Part shown: positions 8,222-18,980 of the stretch, piece by piece | Position numbering within the stretch: position 1 is the first letter of the stretch | Layout: each line of letters opens with the position of its first letter | From: a virus | Taxonomy: Duplodnaviria > Heunggongvirae > Uroviricota > Caudoviricetes | Strand: one strand, 5' to 3' | IMG/VR virus record: IMGVR_UViG_2718217869_000002 | Span: 1-43,574 of that record | Length of the DNA stretch: 43,574 nucleotides | Program-made: the position numbers and the translations under genes | Notes under the pieces: generated by a model | Seen by the model: only the letters and a program-made list of their open reading frames with translations | What the model was told of the DNA's origin: nothing | Databases searched by the model: none

Positions 8222-9763
8222 ATGCCAACAGTTCCAATTTCTATGAGAAAACTTAAAGAAATTCTTAGGCTTAAATACGGTGTTGGACTCAGCCATCGAC
8301 AAATTGGTCGTAGTCTTGCAATCTCCCCTTCCGTTGTATCCAGATATGCTAATCGGGCGGCTCAACTTGGCATAAAGCAGTGGCCCTTACCTACAGGATG
8401 GGATGATACAAAACTAAAACATGCGTTCCTTCAGACCCAGGTTAAGATGAAGAAGCACTCTCTGCCTGACTGGGCTACAGTACACCGGGAACTGCGTAAT
8501 AAATGCGTGACGCTGCAGCTACTCTGGGAAGAATACTGTGAGCGTAATCCAGGCGGTTTTTACAGCTATAACCATTACTGCCGGATGTACCGTGAATGGC
8601 TCAAAACCACTTCACCATCAATGCGTCAGGTACATAAAGCTGGCGAAAAACTTTTCGTTGATTACTGTGGACCTACCGTTGGCGTTACCGACCCTGAGAC
8701 CGGAGAAATAAGAACTGCTCAGGTCATCGTAGCTGTTCTCGGGGCATCAAGTTACACATGGGCAGAGGCCACCTGGTCTCAGCAGCTTGAAGACTGGGTG
8801 ATGAGTCATGTTCGCTGCTTCCAGTGGTTGGGTGGCGTTCCTGAACTTGTTGTTCCGGACAATCTGAAAAGCGCCACATCCAGGGCATGTAAGTATGATC
8901 CTGACGTTAACCCTACCTACCAGCAGATGCTTGAGCATTATAATGTCGCAGTTTTGCCTGCGCGGCCACGTAAACCGAAAGATAAAGCCAAAGCTGAAGT
9001 TGGCGTTCAGGTTGTTGAACGCTGGATCATGGCCCGAATCAGGCATGAGATCTTCTACAGCCTTGCATCGCTTAATCAGCGCATTCGGGAGTTGCTGGAA
9101 AGACTGAATAACAAAATAATGCAGAAGTTGGGTTATTCACGTGCAGAACTCTTCATCCAGCTTGATAAACCCGCACTGAAGCCTCTTCCTGAAGCCAGTT
9201 ACAGTTACACCCTGGTGAAGAAAGTCAGAGTTCATGCCGATTACCACGTGGAAATCGACAAACATTACTACTCGGTTCCATGTTCGCTGTTAGGCCAGCA
9301 ACTGGAAGCATGGATCTCCGGAGAACTGGTAAGACTCTTCAATCAGGGGCAGGAGGTTGCTGTGCACCCGCGCAAGCGTACTTATGGCTACAGTACCCGC
9401 AACGAGCACATGCCTGAAGCTCATCGACAGCATGCCACCTGGACGCCAGAGCGTCTTCTGGAATGGGCGGGGCACATAGGCAGTGAAACTCATAGTTATG
9501 TGCTTCATATACTGAACTCTCGTCCACATCCGGAACAAAGCTATCGCTTCTGCCTTGGACTCCTGAACCTTCATAAAAAATACAGTAAAGCCAGACTTAA
9601 TGCAGCATGTGCAAGAGCTCTGAAAACAAAGGTATGGCGTCTGTCAGGTATTAAATCGATCCTGGAAAAAGGTCTGGATAAACAACCTGTTCAGGATCCA
9701 AAACCAGATCTGTTATCCACGATGGAACACGAAAACGTACGCGGCAGTGAGTATTACCACTGA
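8222..9763 (+). CDS. istA: IS21-family transposase IstA
   Basis: 513 aa with N-terminal HTH and DDE integrase-core-like region; size and tandem arrangement with istB. Confidence 0.8.
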   Translation: MPTVPISMRKLKEILRLKYGVGLSHRQIGRSLAISPSVVSRYANRAAQLGIKQWPLPTGWDDTKLKHAFLQTQVKMKKHSLPDWATVHRELRNKCVTLQLLWEEYCERNPGGFYSYNHYCRMYREWLKTTSPSMRQVHKAGEKLFVDYCGPTVGVTDPETGEIRTAQVIVAVLGASSYTWAEATWSQQLEDWVMSHVRCFQWLGGVPELVVPDNLKSATSRACKYDPDVNPTYQQMLEHYNVAVLPARPRKPKDKAKAEVGVQVVERWIMARIRHEIFYSLASLNQRIRELLERLNNKIMQKLGYSRAELFIQLDKPALKPLPEASYSYTLVKKVRVHADYHVEIDKHYYSVPCSLLGQQLEAWISGELVRLFNQGQEVAVHPRKRTYGYSTRNEHMPEAHRQHATWTPERLLEWAGHIGSETHSYVLHILNSRPHPEQSYRFCLGLLNLHKKYSKARLNAACARALKTKVWRLSGIKSILEKGLDKQPVQDPKPDLLSTMEHENVRGSEYYH

Positions 9764-9774
9764 TACGGGATCCA

Positions 9775-10524
9775 ATGATGAATCATCTTTACGAACAACT
9801 GACCGCACTTAAACTCACCGGCTTCCGTGATGCGCTTAAAAAGCAACTTGCTCAACCGGGCACATACCAGGAGCTGGGCTTCGAAGAACGCCTGTCATTA
9901 CTGACAGCAGAAGAACTAACCTGCCGTGAAAACAGGAAGGCAGAGCGTCTGATCAAACATGCACGGTTCAGACTTAATGCTGAGTTATCAAAGCTGGATT
10001 ATCGTAACAATAGAGGGCTGGACAGGGCCCTCATCCGTTCACTCAGTCAGGGAAACTGGTTAACCCTGAAACAAAATATTTTACTGACCGGGGCCACCGG
10101 CAGCGGTAAAACGTTCCTGGCATGTGCACTTGGTCATAATGCCTGCCGACAGGGATACAAGGTCTACTATTATCGCCTTAAAGCGCTGATGGAACAGTGC
10201 TATCAGGGGCATGCTGATGGAAGATACAGCAAACTTTTGACCAGGCTGAATAATAGCGATCTGCTGCTTCTGGATGACTGGGGGCTGGAACCTCTCTCAT
10301 CAGAACAGCGTAGCGACCTGCTGGAAATAGTGGATCTGATGTACCAACGAGGCTCAATCATCGTAGTGAGCCAGTTGCCGGTGGAAAACTGGTACAAAAT
10401 GATCGGAGACTCCACACATGCGGATGCCATCCTAGATCGACTGGTTCATGGCAGTATCAAGATCGAACTTAAAGGAGAATCAATGCGGAAAATACAATCT
10501 CCGTTGACCGAAGGAGATCAGTGA
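9775..10524 (+). CDS. istB: IS21-family helper ATPase IstB
   Basis: 249 aa with Walker A LTGATGSGKTFLA and Walker B LLLLDD motifs. Confidence 0.85.
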   Translation: MMNHLYEQLTALKLTGFRDALKKQLAQPGTYQELGFEERLSLLTAEELTCRENRKAERLIKHARFRLNAELSKLDYRNNRGLDRALIRSLSQGNWLTLKQNILLTGATGSGKTFLACALGHNACRQGYKVYYYRLKALMEQCYQGHADGRYSKLLTRLNNSDLLLLDDWGLEPLSSEQRSDLLEIVDLMYQRGSIIVVSQLPVENWYKMIGDSTHADAILDRLVHGSIKIELKGESMRKIQSPLTEGDQ

Positions 10525-10609
10525 AGGTAATTTAAAAACGGTTCTGTGAAAGTGACACGAACCGATCTCCATCGATGTTACTCACCGATCTCCTTCACGG
10601 TAATACGCA

Positions 10610-10634
10610 CGCGGCGGCGTGTTTGAGAGTCCAT
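10610..10634 (-). pseudogene. N: Antitermination protein N, 5' fragment (first 8 codons)
   Basis: Minus strand ATG GAC TCT CAA ACA CGC CGC CGC G matches lambda N start ATG GAT GCA CAA ACA CGC CGC CGC G; ends at IS boundary. Confidence 0.75.
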
Positions 10635-10675
10635 ATATCATCCTCAGATAAATGGCCCCTCAGCGGGGCCGACAG

Positions 10676-10810
10676 TTATTGGCAGGTTGCGTACTTGCTG
10701 ATGCAGGAGAAGATTTCCACGATTCGCGTCATTGTTGTTTCAGGACGCTTTGCTTCATCACGCATTGACTTCAACCAAGCCATAAAGTGTTCGTTATGTT
10801 TCATGTTCAT
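10676..10810 (-). CDS. Small ORF (44 aa) in the pL leader between nutL and N
   Basis: ATG preceded by CAGGAG at the position where lambda has the N start; unknown function. Confidence 0.3.
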   Translation of the reverse strand: MNMKHNEHFMAWLKSMRDEAKRPETTMTRIVEIFSCISKYATCQ

Positions 10811-10986
10811 CTCCTGTCAGTTAGCTTTGGTGGTGTGGTGGCTGGAGTCGAACCAGCTTCCATCGGTGCGCTGCCGATTGGGTTACGCGCATCCTGCGGT
10901 TAGTTGTCTAGAATCTTCACCGCAAAACTATTCCCTAGCTCGCCGTTGAGCTTCACCACACCCCAAAGCCTTCTGCTTTGAATGCT

Positions 10987-11019
10987 GCCCTTCTTCAGGG
11001 CTTAATTTTTAAGAGCCTC
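10987..11019 (-). promoter_or_regulatory. nutL (boxA-like plus boxB hairpin)
   Basis: Minus strand GCTCTTAAAAATTAAGCCCTGAAGAAGGGC matches lambda nutL boxA/boxB. Confidence 0.8.
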
Positions 11020-11061
11020 ACCTTCATGGTGGTCAGTGCGTCCTGCTGATGGCTTAAAATT

Positions 11062-11129
11062 ACAAGAAAGATTGTATGTTGTAAACAAGAAATATTGTAA
11101 AAAGGGGCGTGAAAAACAAACTCCATTGT
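11062..11129. promoter_or_regulatory. OL operators (three 14-bp 434-type sites) with pL
   Basis: ACAAGAAAGATTGT (11062-11075), ACAAGAAATATTGT (11085-11098), ACAAACTCCATTGT (11116-11129): ACAA-N6-TTGT 434 operator signature. Confidence 0.75.
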
Positions 11130-11178
11130 TTTTAAATGAAAAATAGTTTGTTTTTGGTTATCGAGATTGAGGTGGGGA

Positions 11179-12531
<1,353 letters not shown>

Positions 12532-12539
12532 GACATTCC

Positions 12540-12571
12540 CGCTCTTACACATCCCAGCCCTGAAAAAGGGC
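12540..12571 (+). promoter_or_regulatory. nutR (boxA CGCTCTTAC and boxB GCCCTGAAAAAGGGC)
   Basis: Exact lambda-type boxA and boxB hairpin downstream of cro. Confidence 0.85.
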
Positions 12572-12650
12572 ATCAAATTAAACCACACCTATGGTGTATG
12601 CATTTATTTGCATACATTCAATCAATTGTTATCTAAGGAAATACTTACAT

Positions 12651-12929
12651 ATGCAACTTACAAGTACTCGCAAGAAAGCGAATGCAATTACAAGCAACAT
12701 CCTGAATCGAATTGCTGTACGTGGCCAGCGAAAGGTTGCCGACGCGTTAGGGATTAATGAATCGCAAATTTCGCGATGGAAAGACAGCTTTATCCCAAAG
12801 ATGGCCATGCTTCTGGCTGTGCTGGAGTGGGGTGTTGAAGACGAGGAATTAGCGGAGCTGGCAAAGAAAGTAGCCATGGTGCTGACAAAAGAAAAGCCTC
12901 AAGACTGCGGCAACAGTTTTGAGGCCTGA
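12651..12929 (+). CDS. cII: CII transcriptional activator
   Basis: 92 aa; ...SQISRWK...IPKMAMLLAVLEWGVEDEELAELAKKVA... similar to lambda CII. Confidence 0.8.
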   Translation: MQLTSTRKKANAITSNILNRIAVRGQRKVADALGINESQISRWKDSFIPKMAMLLAVLEWGVEDEELAELAKKVAMVLTKEKPQDCGNSFEA

Positions 12930-12963
12930 TGTAGAAAGACTGGATCAATCCACAGGAGTAATT

Positions 12964-13125
12964 ATGACAAAACGTCGTAAGAAATACCAGGAAAAAGAAG
13001 AGATTCGACACCCTGATTCACCTGAGGGATTAGTGGTAGCCGCAGCAAATAACAGGGCGTTCGCAGAGCGCCTTGTTGGTATTTACAGACTAGCCAAAGC
13101 AGGAGTGAAACATGGGCGTCGTTAA
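12964..13125 (+). CDS. Small basic hypothetical protein (53 aa)
   Basis: ATG with CAGGAG RBS between cII and O. Confidence 0.4.
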   Translation: MTKRRKKYQEKEEIRHPDSPEGLVVAAANNRAFAERLVGIYRLAKAGVKHGRR

Positions 13126-13174
13126 GTTAGCTGATTACAGGCATAACCCTGTACAACATCAGGAGGCATCCAGT

Positions 13175-14002
13175 ATGGGGTATGTCTCTATACACCGCCA
13201 GTTTATGGACAGCAGGCTCTATAAGGACTCTCAGGCAGTACATCTTTGGCTTCACTTAATCCTCAAGGCTAATCACGAATCTACTGTCGTCAATACGGAT
13301 ATCGGTCCGATAACTGTTGATCGCGGTCAGATGATAACTGGACGCCCGTCGCTGGTCAGAGAAACATTCATCCCAGACAACAAAGTTCGGAGCTTATTAC
13401 GGACTTTTGAGTCGAAAGGGATGCTTAATATTTGCGCGATGGGGAAGAAATTTAGCCTGTTTACAATCGTTAAATATGACGATTTTCAGTCAAAAAATTG
13501 TCCAACGGTTGTCCAACGGTTGTCCAACGCAAACACCAGTAATGGCGCGGCTCTCAGCGGAGATTGTCCAACGGTTGTCCAACAGTTGTCCATAAACAAT
13601 AATATAAATAATATCTCTAATACTGACGTATTAGAGAGTGCTACAGCAGACAAAAAGTCTGACAAGAAAAAACCTTCCGTCAGCTGTCAGGATGTTGTCG
13701 ATGCTTACCACGAAATCCTTCCTGAAGCGCCAAGAATCCGCGCACTGAATGACAAGCGTAAAAACCAGATCCGAACGTTCTGGCGCAAAGCCGGAGTGAT
13801 AACCCGCCAGCTTGACGGGCATGGTTTCACGATGCAGGACTGGAGAAATTATTTGAGCTACGTAGGCGAAAATTGCCGATGGATGTTCGAAGAGCGCCCA
13901 AACCATCAGCGCGGAACCGTCTGGCACAAAAAGGGATTTGATTTCCTGCTTAACGATAATACCTACCTGAAAGTTCGTGAGGGTGAACACGATGACCGAT
14001 AA
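13175..14002 (+). CDS. O: Replication initiator O-like protein (contains ori iterons)
   Basis: ORF with internal iteron cluster; AGGAGG RBS before ATG 13175 (alternative start 13112); stop overlaps helicase gene start. Confidence 0.7.
   Translation: MGYVSIHRQFMDSRLYKDSQAVHLWLHLILKANHESTVVNTDIGPITVDRGQMITGRPSLVRETFIPDNKVRSLLRTFESKGMLNICAMGKKFSLFTIVKYDDFQSKNCPTVVQRLSNANTSNGAALSGDCPTVVQQLSINNNINNISNTDVLESATADKKSDKKKPSVSCQDVVDAYHEILPEAPRIRALNDKRKNQIRTFWRKAGVITRQLDGHGFTMQDWRNYLSYVGENCRWMFEERPNHQRGTVWHKKGFDFLLNDNTYLKVREGEHDDR
13498..13593 (+). repeat. Replication origin iterons (six copies of TTGTCCAACGG-like 11-mer in two clusters)
   Basis: Direct repeats ttgtccaacgg x3 (13498-13530) and x3 (13564-13593) inside the O-like gene, followed by an AT-rich stretch. 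Confidence 0.8.
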
Positions 14003-15428
14003 TTTTTATGCGCCGCCCCATAGCATCGAGGCAGAGCAGGCGGTGATTGGTGGATTGCTTCTGGATGATGACAGCAGTGAGCGCGTCCAGAAGGTTCTGG
14101 CGATGCTGAAGCCTGACTCATTTTACAGCCGGCCACACAAAATCCTTTTCGAAGAAATAACCAGAATGCACCGTGAGCAAAAGCCAGTAGATGGCCTGAC
14201 GCTTTTCGATGAACTGGAGCGTAAATCGTTAACGGCGTCTGTTGGCGGTTTTGCTTATATCGCTGAGATCGCAAAGAACACGCCAAGCGCAGCAAACATC
14301 GTTGCCTATGCAATGCAGGTTCGTGAAACCGCAATGGAACGCTACGCCATCAACCGAATGACTGAAGCGACGGAATTGCTCTATTCCCGCAACGGAATGA
14401 CTGCAACGCAGAAGTACGAAGCTATTCAGGCGATTTTCACGCAACTGACAGACCATGCAAAAACCGGATCGCGTCGCGGCCTTCGCTCATTTGGTGAGGT
14501 CATGGAAGACTGGGTTAGCGACCTTGAGAAGCGATTTGACCCGTCAGGCGAACAACGAGGAATGAGCACAGGGATCCCATCGCTGGACAGGATGCTGTCA
14601 CCGAAAGGTCTGGTGAAAGGCTCTCTGTTTGTCATTGGCGCTCGCCCTAAGATGGGGAAAACGACGCTATACAGCCAGATGGCAATCAACTGCGCAGTGC
14701 ATGAGAAAAAGCCCGCTCTGATGTTCAGCCTTGAAATGCCAGGTGATCAGATACTGGAAAAACTGGTAGGGCAGAAGTCTGGTGTTAACCCGAATATTTT
14801 TTACCTTCCGGCGACAAATGACGCTGATGACGGCTATCAGGGTGATTACGATGGTGACTTCAACAGGGCGATCGAAACAGCCAATCGCTTGAGTGAAATC
14901 GACCTGCTTTACATCGACGACACGCCGGGATTATCTCTGGCTCAAATCGTCAGCGAAAGCCGTCGAATCAAGCGAGAAAAAGGATGTGTTGGGATGATTC
15001 TGGTCGATTACCTGACACTAATGACCGCTGAGAAAGCCGATCGTAACGACCTTGCTTACGGCATGATCACCAAAGGACTGAAGAACCTTGCCAAAGAGCT
15101 TGATTGCGTTGTTGTGCTTCTGACGCAGCTTAACCGCGCACTGGAAAGCCGAACCAATAAACGCCCATTACCAAGTGACTCACGAGATACAGGGCAGATT
15201 GAACAGGATTGCGATTATTGGGTGGGGATCCATCGTGAAGGTGCTTTTGATGACAGTGTTCCACCTGGTGAAACCGAACTAATCCTTCGTCTCAATCGTC
15301 ATGGCAATACCGGCACGGTGTATTGCATTCAGGCAAATGGCGCTATTTATGACACAGACCAACAGTCTGCTGAAATGCGCCGACGTGAACGCGAGGAACC
15401 GCAGTCCAAGAAGAAAGGAGGATTCTGA
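13992..15428 (+). CDS. Replicative DNA helicase, DnaB family (P22 gene 12-like)
   Basis: 478 aa; N-terminal DnaB domain (SIEAEQAVIGGLLLD) and Walker A GARPKMGKTT. Confidence 0.85.
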   Translation: MTDNFYAPPHSIEAEQAVIGGLLLDDDSSERVQKVLAMLKPDSFYSRPHKILFEEITRMHREQKPVDGLTLFDELERKSLTASVGGFAYIAEIAKNTPSAANIVAYAMQVRETAMERYAINRMTEATELLYSRNGMTATQKYEAIQAIFTQLTDHAKTGSRRGLRSFGEVMEDWVSDLEKRFDPSGEQRGMSTGIPSLDRMLSPKGLVKGSLFVIGARPKMGKTTLYSQMAINCAVHEKKPALMFSLEMPGDQILEKLVGQKSGVNPNIFYLPATNDADDGYQGDYDGDFNRAIETANRLSEIDLLYIDDTPGLSLAQIVSESRRIKREKGCVGMILVDYLTLMTAEKADRNDLAYGMITKGLKNLAKELDCVVVLLTQLNRALESRTNKRPLPSDSRDTGQIEQDCDYWVGIHREGAFDDSVPPGETELILRLNRHGNTGTVYCIQANGAIYDTDQQSAEMRRREREEPQSKKKGGF

Positions 15429-15455
15429 TGACCATCTACATCACTGAGCTAATAA

Positions 15456-15489
15456 CAGGCCTGCTGGTAATCGCAGGCCTTTTTATTTG
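15456..15489 (+). terminator. Intrinsic terminator downstream of helicase gene (tR2-like)
   Basis: Hairpin AGGCCTGC-loop-GCAGGCCT followed by TTTTTATTT. Confidence 0.6.
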
Positions 15490-15504
15490 GGGGAGAGGGA
15501 AGTC

Positions 15505-15687
15505 ATGAATCTTGACGAGCAAGATGCACAAACTATTAGCTCATACATAAGGGCATCAAGACCAGATTACAAAGGTCCGGTATTCGTAGATTTATCTCGC
15601 CTTGAAGAGATTTACATGTGGGAAGCAAGGCTACTTACGCATCTTTTTATTCGCAAGATGACTATCAACATTACAAAACCAATGTAA
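15505..15687 (+). CDS. Hypothetical nin-region protein
   Basis: ATG with GAGGGAAG RBS; 60 aa. Confidence 0.4.
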   Translation: MNLDEQDAQTISSYIRASRPDYKGPVFVDLSRLEEIYMWEARLLTHLFIRKMTINITKPM

Positions 15688-15701
15688 CTGAAGAGGTGAA
15701 T

Positions 15702-15917
15702 ATGAGCACACTCGCAGACCTTATTCATGCCGATATGTCGGAAGATGGAGCAAGGCGTAATAGGTACTGGAAATCATCAAGCCTTCCAGCTTGTGAAAGA
15801 TTCAACCACAGGCCAAAACCAAAACGTAGCCGACGAGACAAGGTGTTGAAAAAACTCATGCAAATAAACATGGCTGGTTTTGTCAGATTCGTGAGTGAAG
15901 CGACTAACGGGGATTGA
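15702..15917 (+). CDS. Hypothetical nin-region protein (basic C-terminus)
   Basis: 71 aa; ATG with purine-rich RBS. Confidence 0.45.
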   Translation: MSTLADLIHADMSEDGARRNRYWKSSSLPACERFNHRPKPKRSRRDKVLKKLMQINMAGFVRFVSEATNGD

Positions 15918-15918
15918 T

Positions 15919-16203
15919 ATGGACGAATCAAGAAAGCAGTTTGAAGAAAGTTGGTTGCGACGTGGAGGCGAATCATCAGACCTTATCCGTTACCCTGAAA
16001 ATCACCATGAAATTGGCAGTGGTGATATTGGTGGTCAATACGTGATGGACGATGTTCAAGGCCACTGGCAAACGTGGCAGGCATCGCGAGCAGCTATTGA
16101 AATTGAGTTGCCTGTATGGTTTGTCAGTGATGCTATTGCTGTGTACGACCGTGACGATATCGATGAATCCATCCGCGCCGCTGGAATCAAAGTGAAGGAG
16201 TGA
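15919..16203 (+). CDS. Hypothetical nin-region protein
   Basis: 94 aa acidic protein; start adjacent to upstream stop. Confidence 0.5.
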   Translation: MDESRKQFEESWLRRGGESSDLIRYPENHHEIGSGDIGGQYVMDDVQGHWQTWQASRAAIEIELPVWFVSDAIAVYDRDDIDESIRAAGIKVKE

Positions 16204-16205
16204 GC

Positions 16206-16391
16206 ATGAGTCGACGAAGTAGCTTTTTGGGGTTTGTAATATTCCTGTCCTGCACTGGTTACATCGTAATCTGGTCAATTTCGAACATTGACCGTGGCGG
16301 GGAATATCTCATTGTAATGTTCTTTCCTTTGTTTCTTGGGTGGTACGCCGCAAGGTTGCTGGAAGAATGGGGTTACAGGAATAAAAAATAA
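16206..16391 (+). CDS. Small membrane protein (two predicted TM helices)
   Basis: 61 aa; hydrophobic segments FLGFVIFLSCTGYIVIW and LIVMFFPLFLGWYAA. Confidence 0.45.
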   Translation: MSRRSSFLGFVIFLSCTGYIVIWSISNIDRGGEYLIVMFFPLFLGWYAARLLEEWGYRNKK

Positions 16392-16402
16392 AGGAGTATT
16401 CA

Positions 16403-16813
16403 GTGAAGCAAACAATCTTCCTCCGAACTAAGCAACAACAGCAAGCCGCAATAAATGCCATCCTCGCAACACCACTCGATAAAGACAAGCCAGTCACCAT
16501 CCGCATTACTGACTACAAGCGCAACCTTGACCAGAACGCAAAATTTCACGCGATGGTCGCAGATATCGCTAGGCAAGTTCAGTGGCGCGATAAATGGTTA
16601 AAACCAGAACAATGGAAGGTTTTGTTGATCAGCGGTCATGCAGTGGCAACAAAACAGGAAGCTGATGTTTTGCCCGGGCTTGAAGGCGAATACGTCAACA
16701 TTCGCGAAAGCAGCGCGCAGATGAGTGTGAAGCGTATGGCAAGTCTGATCGAGTACACAACAGCATGGGCTATTGGTCAGGGTGTCAGATTTACCGACAG
16801 GAGGTACGAATGA
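16403..16813 (+). CDS. ninB: NinB (Orf) recombination mediator
   Basis: 136 aa resembling lambda NinB (…DQN.K…A….D..RQV.W…WL..E.WK…); GTG start with AAGGAG RBS. Confidence 0.75.
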   Translation: MKQTIFLRTKQQQQAAINAILATPLDKDKPVTIRITDYKRNLDQNAKFHAMVADIARQVQWRDKWLKPEQWKVLLISGHAVATKQEADVLPGLEGEYVNIRESSAQMSVKRMASLIEYTTAWAIGQGVRFTDRRYE

Positions 16814-16986
16814 GGCGACAGCGACGAAGTATCACCGACATCATCTGCGAAAACTGCAAATACCTTCCAACGAAACGCTCCAGAAATAAACGCAAGCCAA
16901 TCCCAAAAGAATCTGACGTAAAAACCTTCAACTACACGGCTCACCTGTGGGATATCCGGTGGCTAAGACATCGTGCGAGGAAATGA
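16810..16986 (+). CDS. ninE: NinE
   Basis: 58 aa [52 protein letters not shown]... near-identical to remembered lambda NinE. Confidence 0.8.
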   Translation: MRRQRRSITDIICENCKYLPTKRSRNKRKPIPKESDVKTFNYTAHLWDIRWLRHRARK

Positions 16987-17348
16987 CAATGGATTATTCA
17001 CAGTTAAGTGATTTTGAAATTAACGTGGCGGTATTCGAAGCCATTCATAACGGATCACCGGATTACAAAGAAGGTGAGAATGGCGATATGGTGTTTGTCT
17101 CATTTGAGGGAGACATTGTAAACGGAGACGCAGTTGAAGTAGAAGTTGAGCGCGGATCCTTTAACCCATGCGCAAACCCAGCAGACGCATGGCCGATTAT
17201 TGAAAAATACAGGATTAGCATTATCAATCTCGATGAAGACGAGTGGGGTGCACGCGGTGTGGCCTACTGTAAATCTAAGCGAGCTATACATGAAAATCCC
17301 CTCCGCGCCGCCATGATTGTCTTTCTCATGATGCAGAGAATCCAATAA
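16983..17348 (+). CDS. Hypothetical phage protein between ninE and ninF
   Basis: 121 aa; ATGA overlap with ninE stop. Confidence 0.5.
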   Translation: MTMDYSQLSDFEINVAVFEAIHNGSPDYKEGENGDMVFVSFEGDIVNGDAVEVEVERGSFNPCANPADAWPIIEKYRISIINLDEDEWGARGVAYCKSKRAIHENPLRAAMIVFLMMQRIQ

Positions 17349-17524
17349 TGCTTAGCCCATCCCAATCCCTTCAATACCAGAAAGAAAGCGTCGAGCGGGC
17401 TTTAACGTGCGCTAACTGCGGTCAGAAGCTGCATGTGCTGGAAGTTCACGTGTGCTCCGATTGCTGCGCAGAACTGATGAGCGATCCGAATAGCTCAATG
17501 TACGAGGAAGAAGACGATGGCTAA
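17348..17524 (+). CDS. ninF: NinF
   Basis: 58 aa [36 protein letters not shown]... matches lambda NinF; below ORF-track cutoff. Confidence 0.75.
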   Translation: MLSPSQSLQYQKESVERALTCANCGQKLHVLEVHVCSDCCAELMSDPNSSMYEEEDDG

Positions 17525-18128
17525 ACCAGCGCGAAGACGATGTAAAAACGATGAATGTCGGGAATGGTTTCACCCTGCATTCGCTAATCAGTGGTGGTGC
17601 TCTCCAGAGTGTGGAACCAAGATAGCACTCGAACGACGAAGTAAAGAACGCGAAAAAGCGGAAAAAGCAGCAGAGAAGAAACGACGACGAGAGGATCAGA
17701 AACAGAAAGATAAACTTAAGATTCGAAAACTCTCCTTAAAGCCCCGCAGTTACTGGATTAAACAAGCCCAACAAGCCGTAAACGCCTTCATCAGAGAAAG
17801 AGACCGCGACTTACCATGTATCTCGTGCGGAACGCTCACGTCTGCTCAGTGGGATGCTGGACATTACCGGACAACTGCTGCAGCACCTCAACTCCGATTT
17901 GATGAACGCAATATTCACAAGCAATGCGTGGTGTGCAACCAGCACAAAAGCGGAAATCTCGTTCCGTATCGCGTCGAACTGATTAATCGCATCGGGCAGG
18001 AAGCAGTAGACGAAATCGAATCAAACCATAACCGCCATCGCTGGACTGTCGAAGAGTGCAAGGCGATCAAGGCAGAGTACCAACAGAAACTCAAAGACCT
18101 GCGAAATAGCAGAAGTGAGGCCGCATGA
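17517..18128 (+). CDS. ninG: NinG (Rap) recombination endonuclease
   Basis: 203 aa with Cys-rich N-terminus and basic linker, as lambda NinG. Confidence 0.85.
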   Translation: MAKPARRRCKNDECREWFHPAFANQWWCSPECGTKIALERRSKEREKAEKAAEKKRRREDQKQKDKLKIRKLSLKPRSYWIKQAQQAVNAFIRERDRDLPCISCGTLTSAQWDAGHYRTTAAAPQLRFDERNIHKQCVVCNQHKSGNLVPYRVELINRIGQEAVDEIESNHNRHRWTVEECKAIKAEYQQKLKDLRNSRSEAA

Positions 18129-18331
18129 CGTTCTCAGTAAAAACCATTCCAGACATGCTCGTTGAAGCATACGGAAACCAGACAGAAGTAGCACGCAGAC
18201 TGAAATGTAGTCGCGGTACGGTCAGAAAATACGTTGATGATAAAGACGGGAAAATGCACGCCATCGTCAACGACGTTCTCATGGTTCATCGCGGATGGAG
18301 TGAAAGAGATGCGCTATTACGAAAGAATTGA
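18125..18331 (+). CDS. ninH: NinH
   Basis: 68 aa [37 protein letters not shown]... as lambda NinH. Confidence 0.8.
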   Translation: MTFSVKTIPDMLVEAYGNQTEVARRLKCSRGTVRKYVDDKDGKMHAIVNDVLMVHRGWSERDALLRKN

Positions 18332-18980
18332 TGGCAGCAAATACCGAAATATTTGGGTAGTTGGCGATCTGCACGGATGCTACACGAACCTGATGAAAAA
18401 ACTGGAGACGATAGGATTCGACACCAAAAAAGACCTGCTTATCTCGGTTGGCGATTTGGTTGATCGCGGTACAGAGAACGTCGAATGCCTGGAATTAATC
18501 ACATTCCCCTGGTTCAGAGCTGTACGTGGAAACCATGAGCAAATGATGATTGATGGCTTATCAGAGCGTGGAAACGTCAATCACTGGCTGCTTAATGGCG
18601 GTGGCTGGTTCTTTAATCTCGATTACGACAAAGAAATTCTGGCTAAAGCTCTTGCCCATAAAGCAGGTGAACTTCCGTTAATCATCGAACTGGTGAGCAA
18701 AGGTAAAAAATATGTCATCTGCCACGCCGATTATCCTTGTGATAAATACGAGTTTGGAAAGCCAGTTGATCATCAGCAGGTAATCTGGAACCGCGAACGA
18801 ATCAGCAACTCACAAGACGGGATCGTGAAAGAAATCAAAGGCGCGGACACGTTCATCTTTGGTCATACGCCAGCAGTGAAACCACTCAAGTTTTCCAACC
18901 AGATGTATATCGATACCGGCGCAGTGTTCTGCGGAAATCTCACATTGATTCAGGTACAGGGAGAAGGCGCGTGGGCATAA
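18309..18980 (+). CDS. ninI: Ser/Thr protein phosphatase (lambda PPase, NinI)
   Basis: 223 aa from [32 protein letters not shown] and GNHE metallophosphatase motifs. Confidence 0.9.
   Translation: MRYYERIDGSKYRNIWVVGDLHGCYTNLMKKLETIGFDTKKDLLISVGDLVDRGTENVECLELITFPWFRAVRGNHEQMMIDGLSERGNVNHWLLNGGGWFFNLDYDKEILAKALAHKAGELPLIIELVSKGKKYVICHADYPCDKYEFGKPVDHQQVIWNRERISNSQDGIVKEIKGADTFIFGHTPAVKPLKFSNQMYIDTGAVFCGNLTLIQVQGEGAWA

Larger units (their letters stand above)
8028..10609 (+). mobile_element. IS21-family insertion sequence (istA-istB) inserted in N
   Basis: About 2.58 kb; ~45-bp imperfect terminal inverted repeats starting TGCGTATT with repeated GGAGATC boxes; 4-bp direct repeat CGCG at 8024-8027 and 10610-10613; two-gene istA/istB organisation. 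Confidence 0.8.

Noticed and set aside
8162-8365. 67-aa minus-strand ORF at IS left end
   Set aside because: Antisense to the istA start and the IS terminal repeats; no support as a gene.
10575-10949. 124-aa plus-strand ORF across the N leader region
   Set aside because: Runs opposite to pL transcription across the IS right end and the N 5' fragment; the conserved lambda-like leader reads on the other strand.
13112-13174. Upstream ATG start for the O-like gene
   Set aside because: Possible, but the ATG at 13175 has a canonical AGGAGG RBS and avoids overlap with the preceding small ORF; kept as an alternative only.
13498-13593. Tandem 11-bp direct repeats that could superficially suggest a CRISPR-like array
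   Set aside because: Repeats are contiguous with no spacers and lie inside the O-like initiator gene: these are replication-origin iterons.
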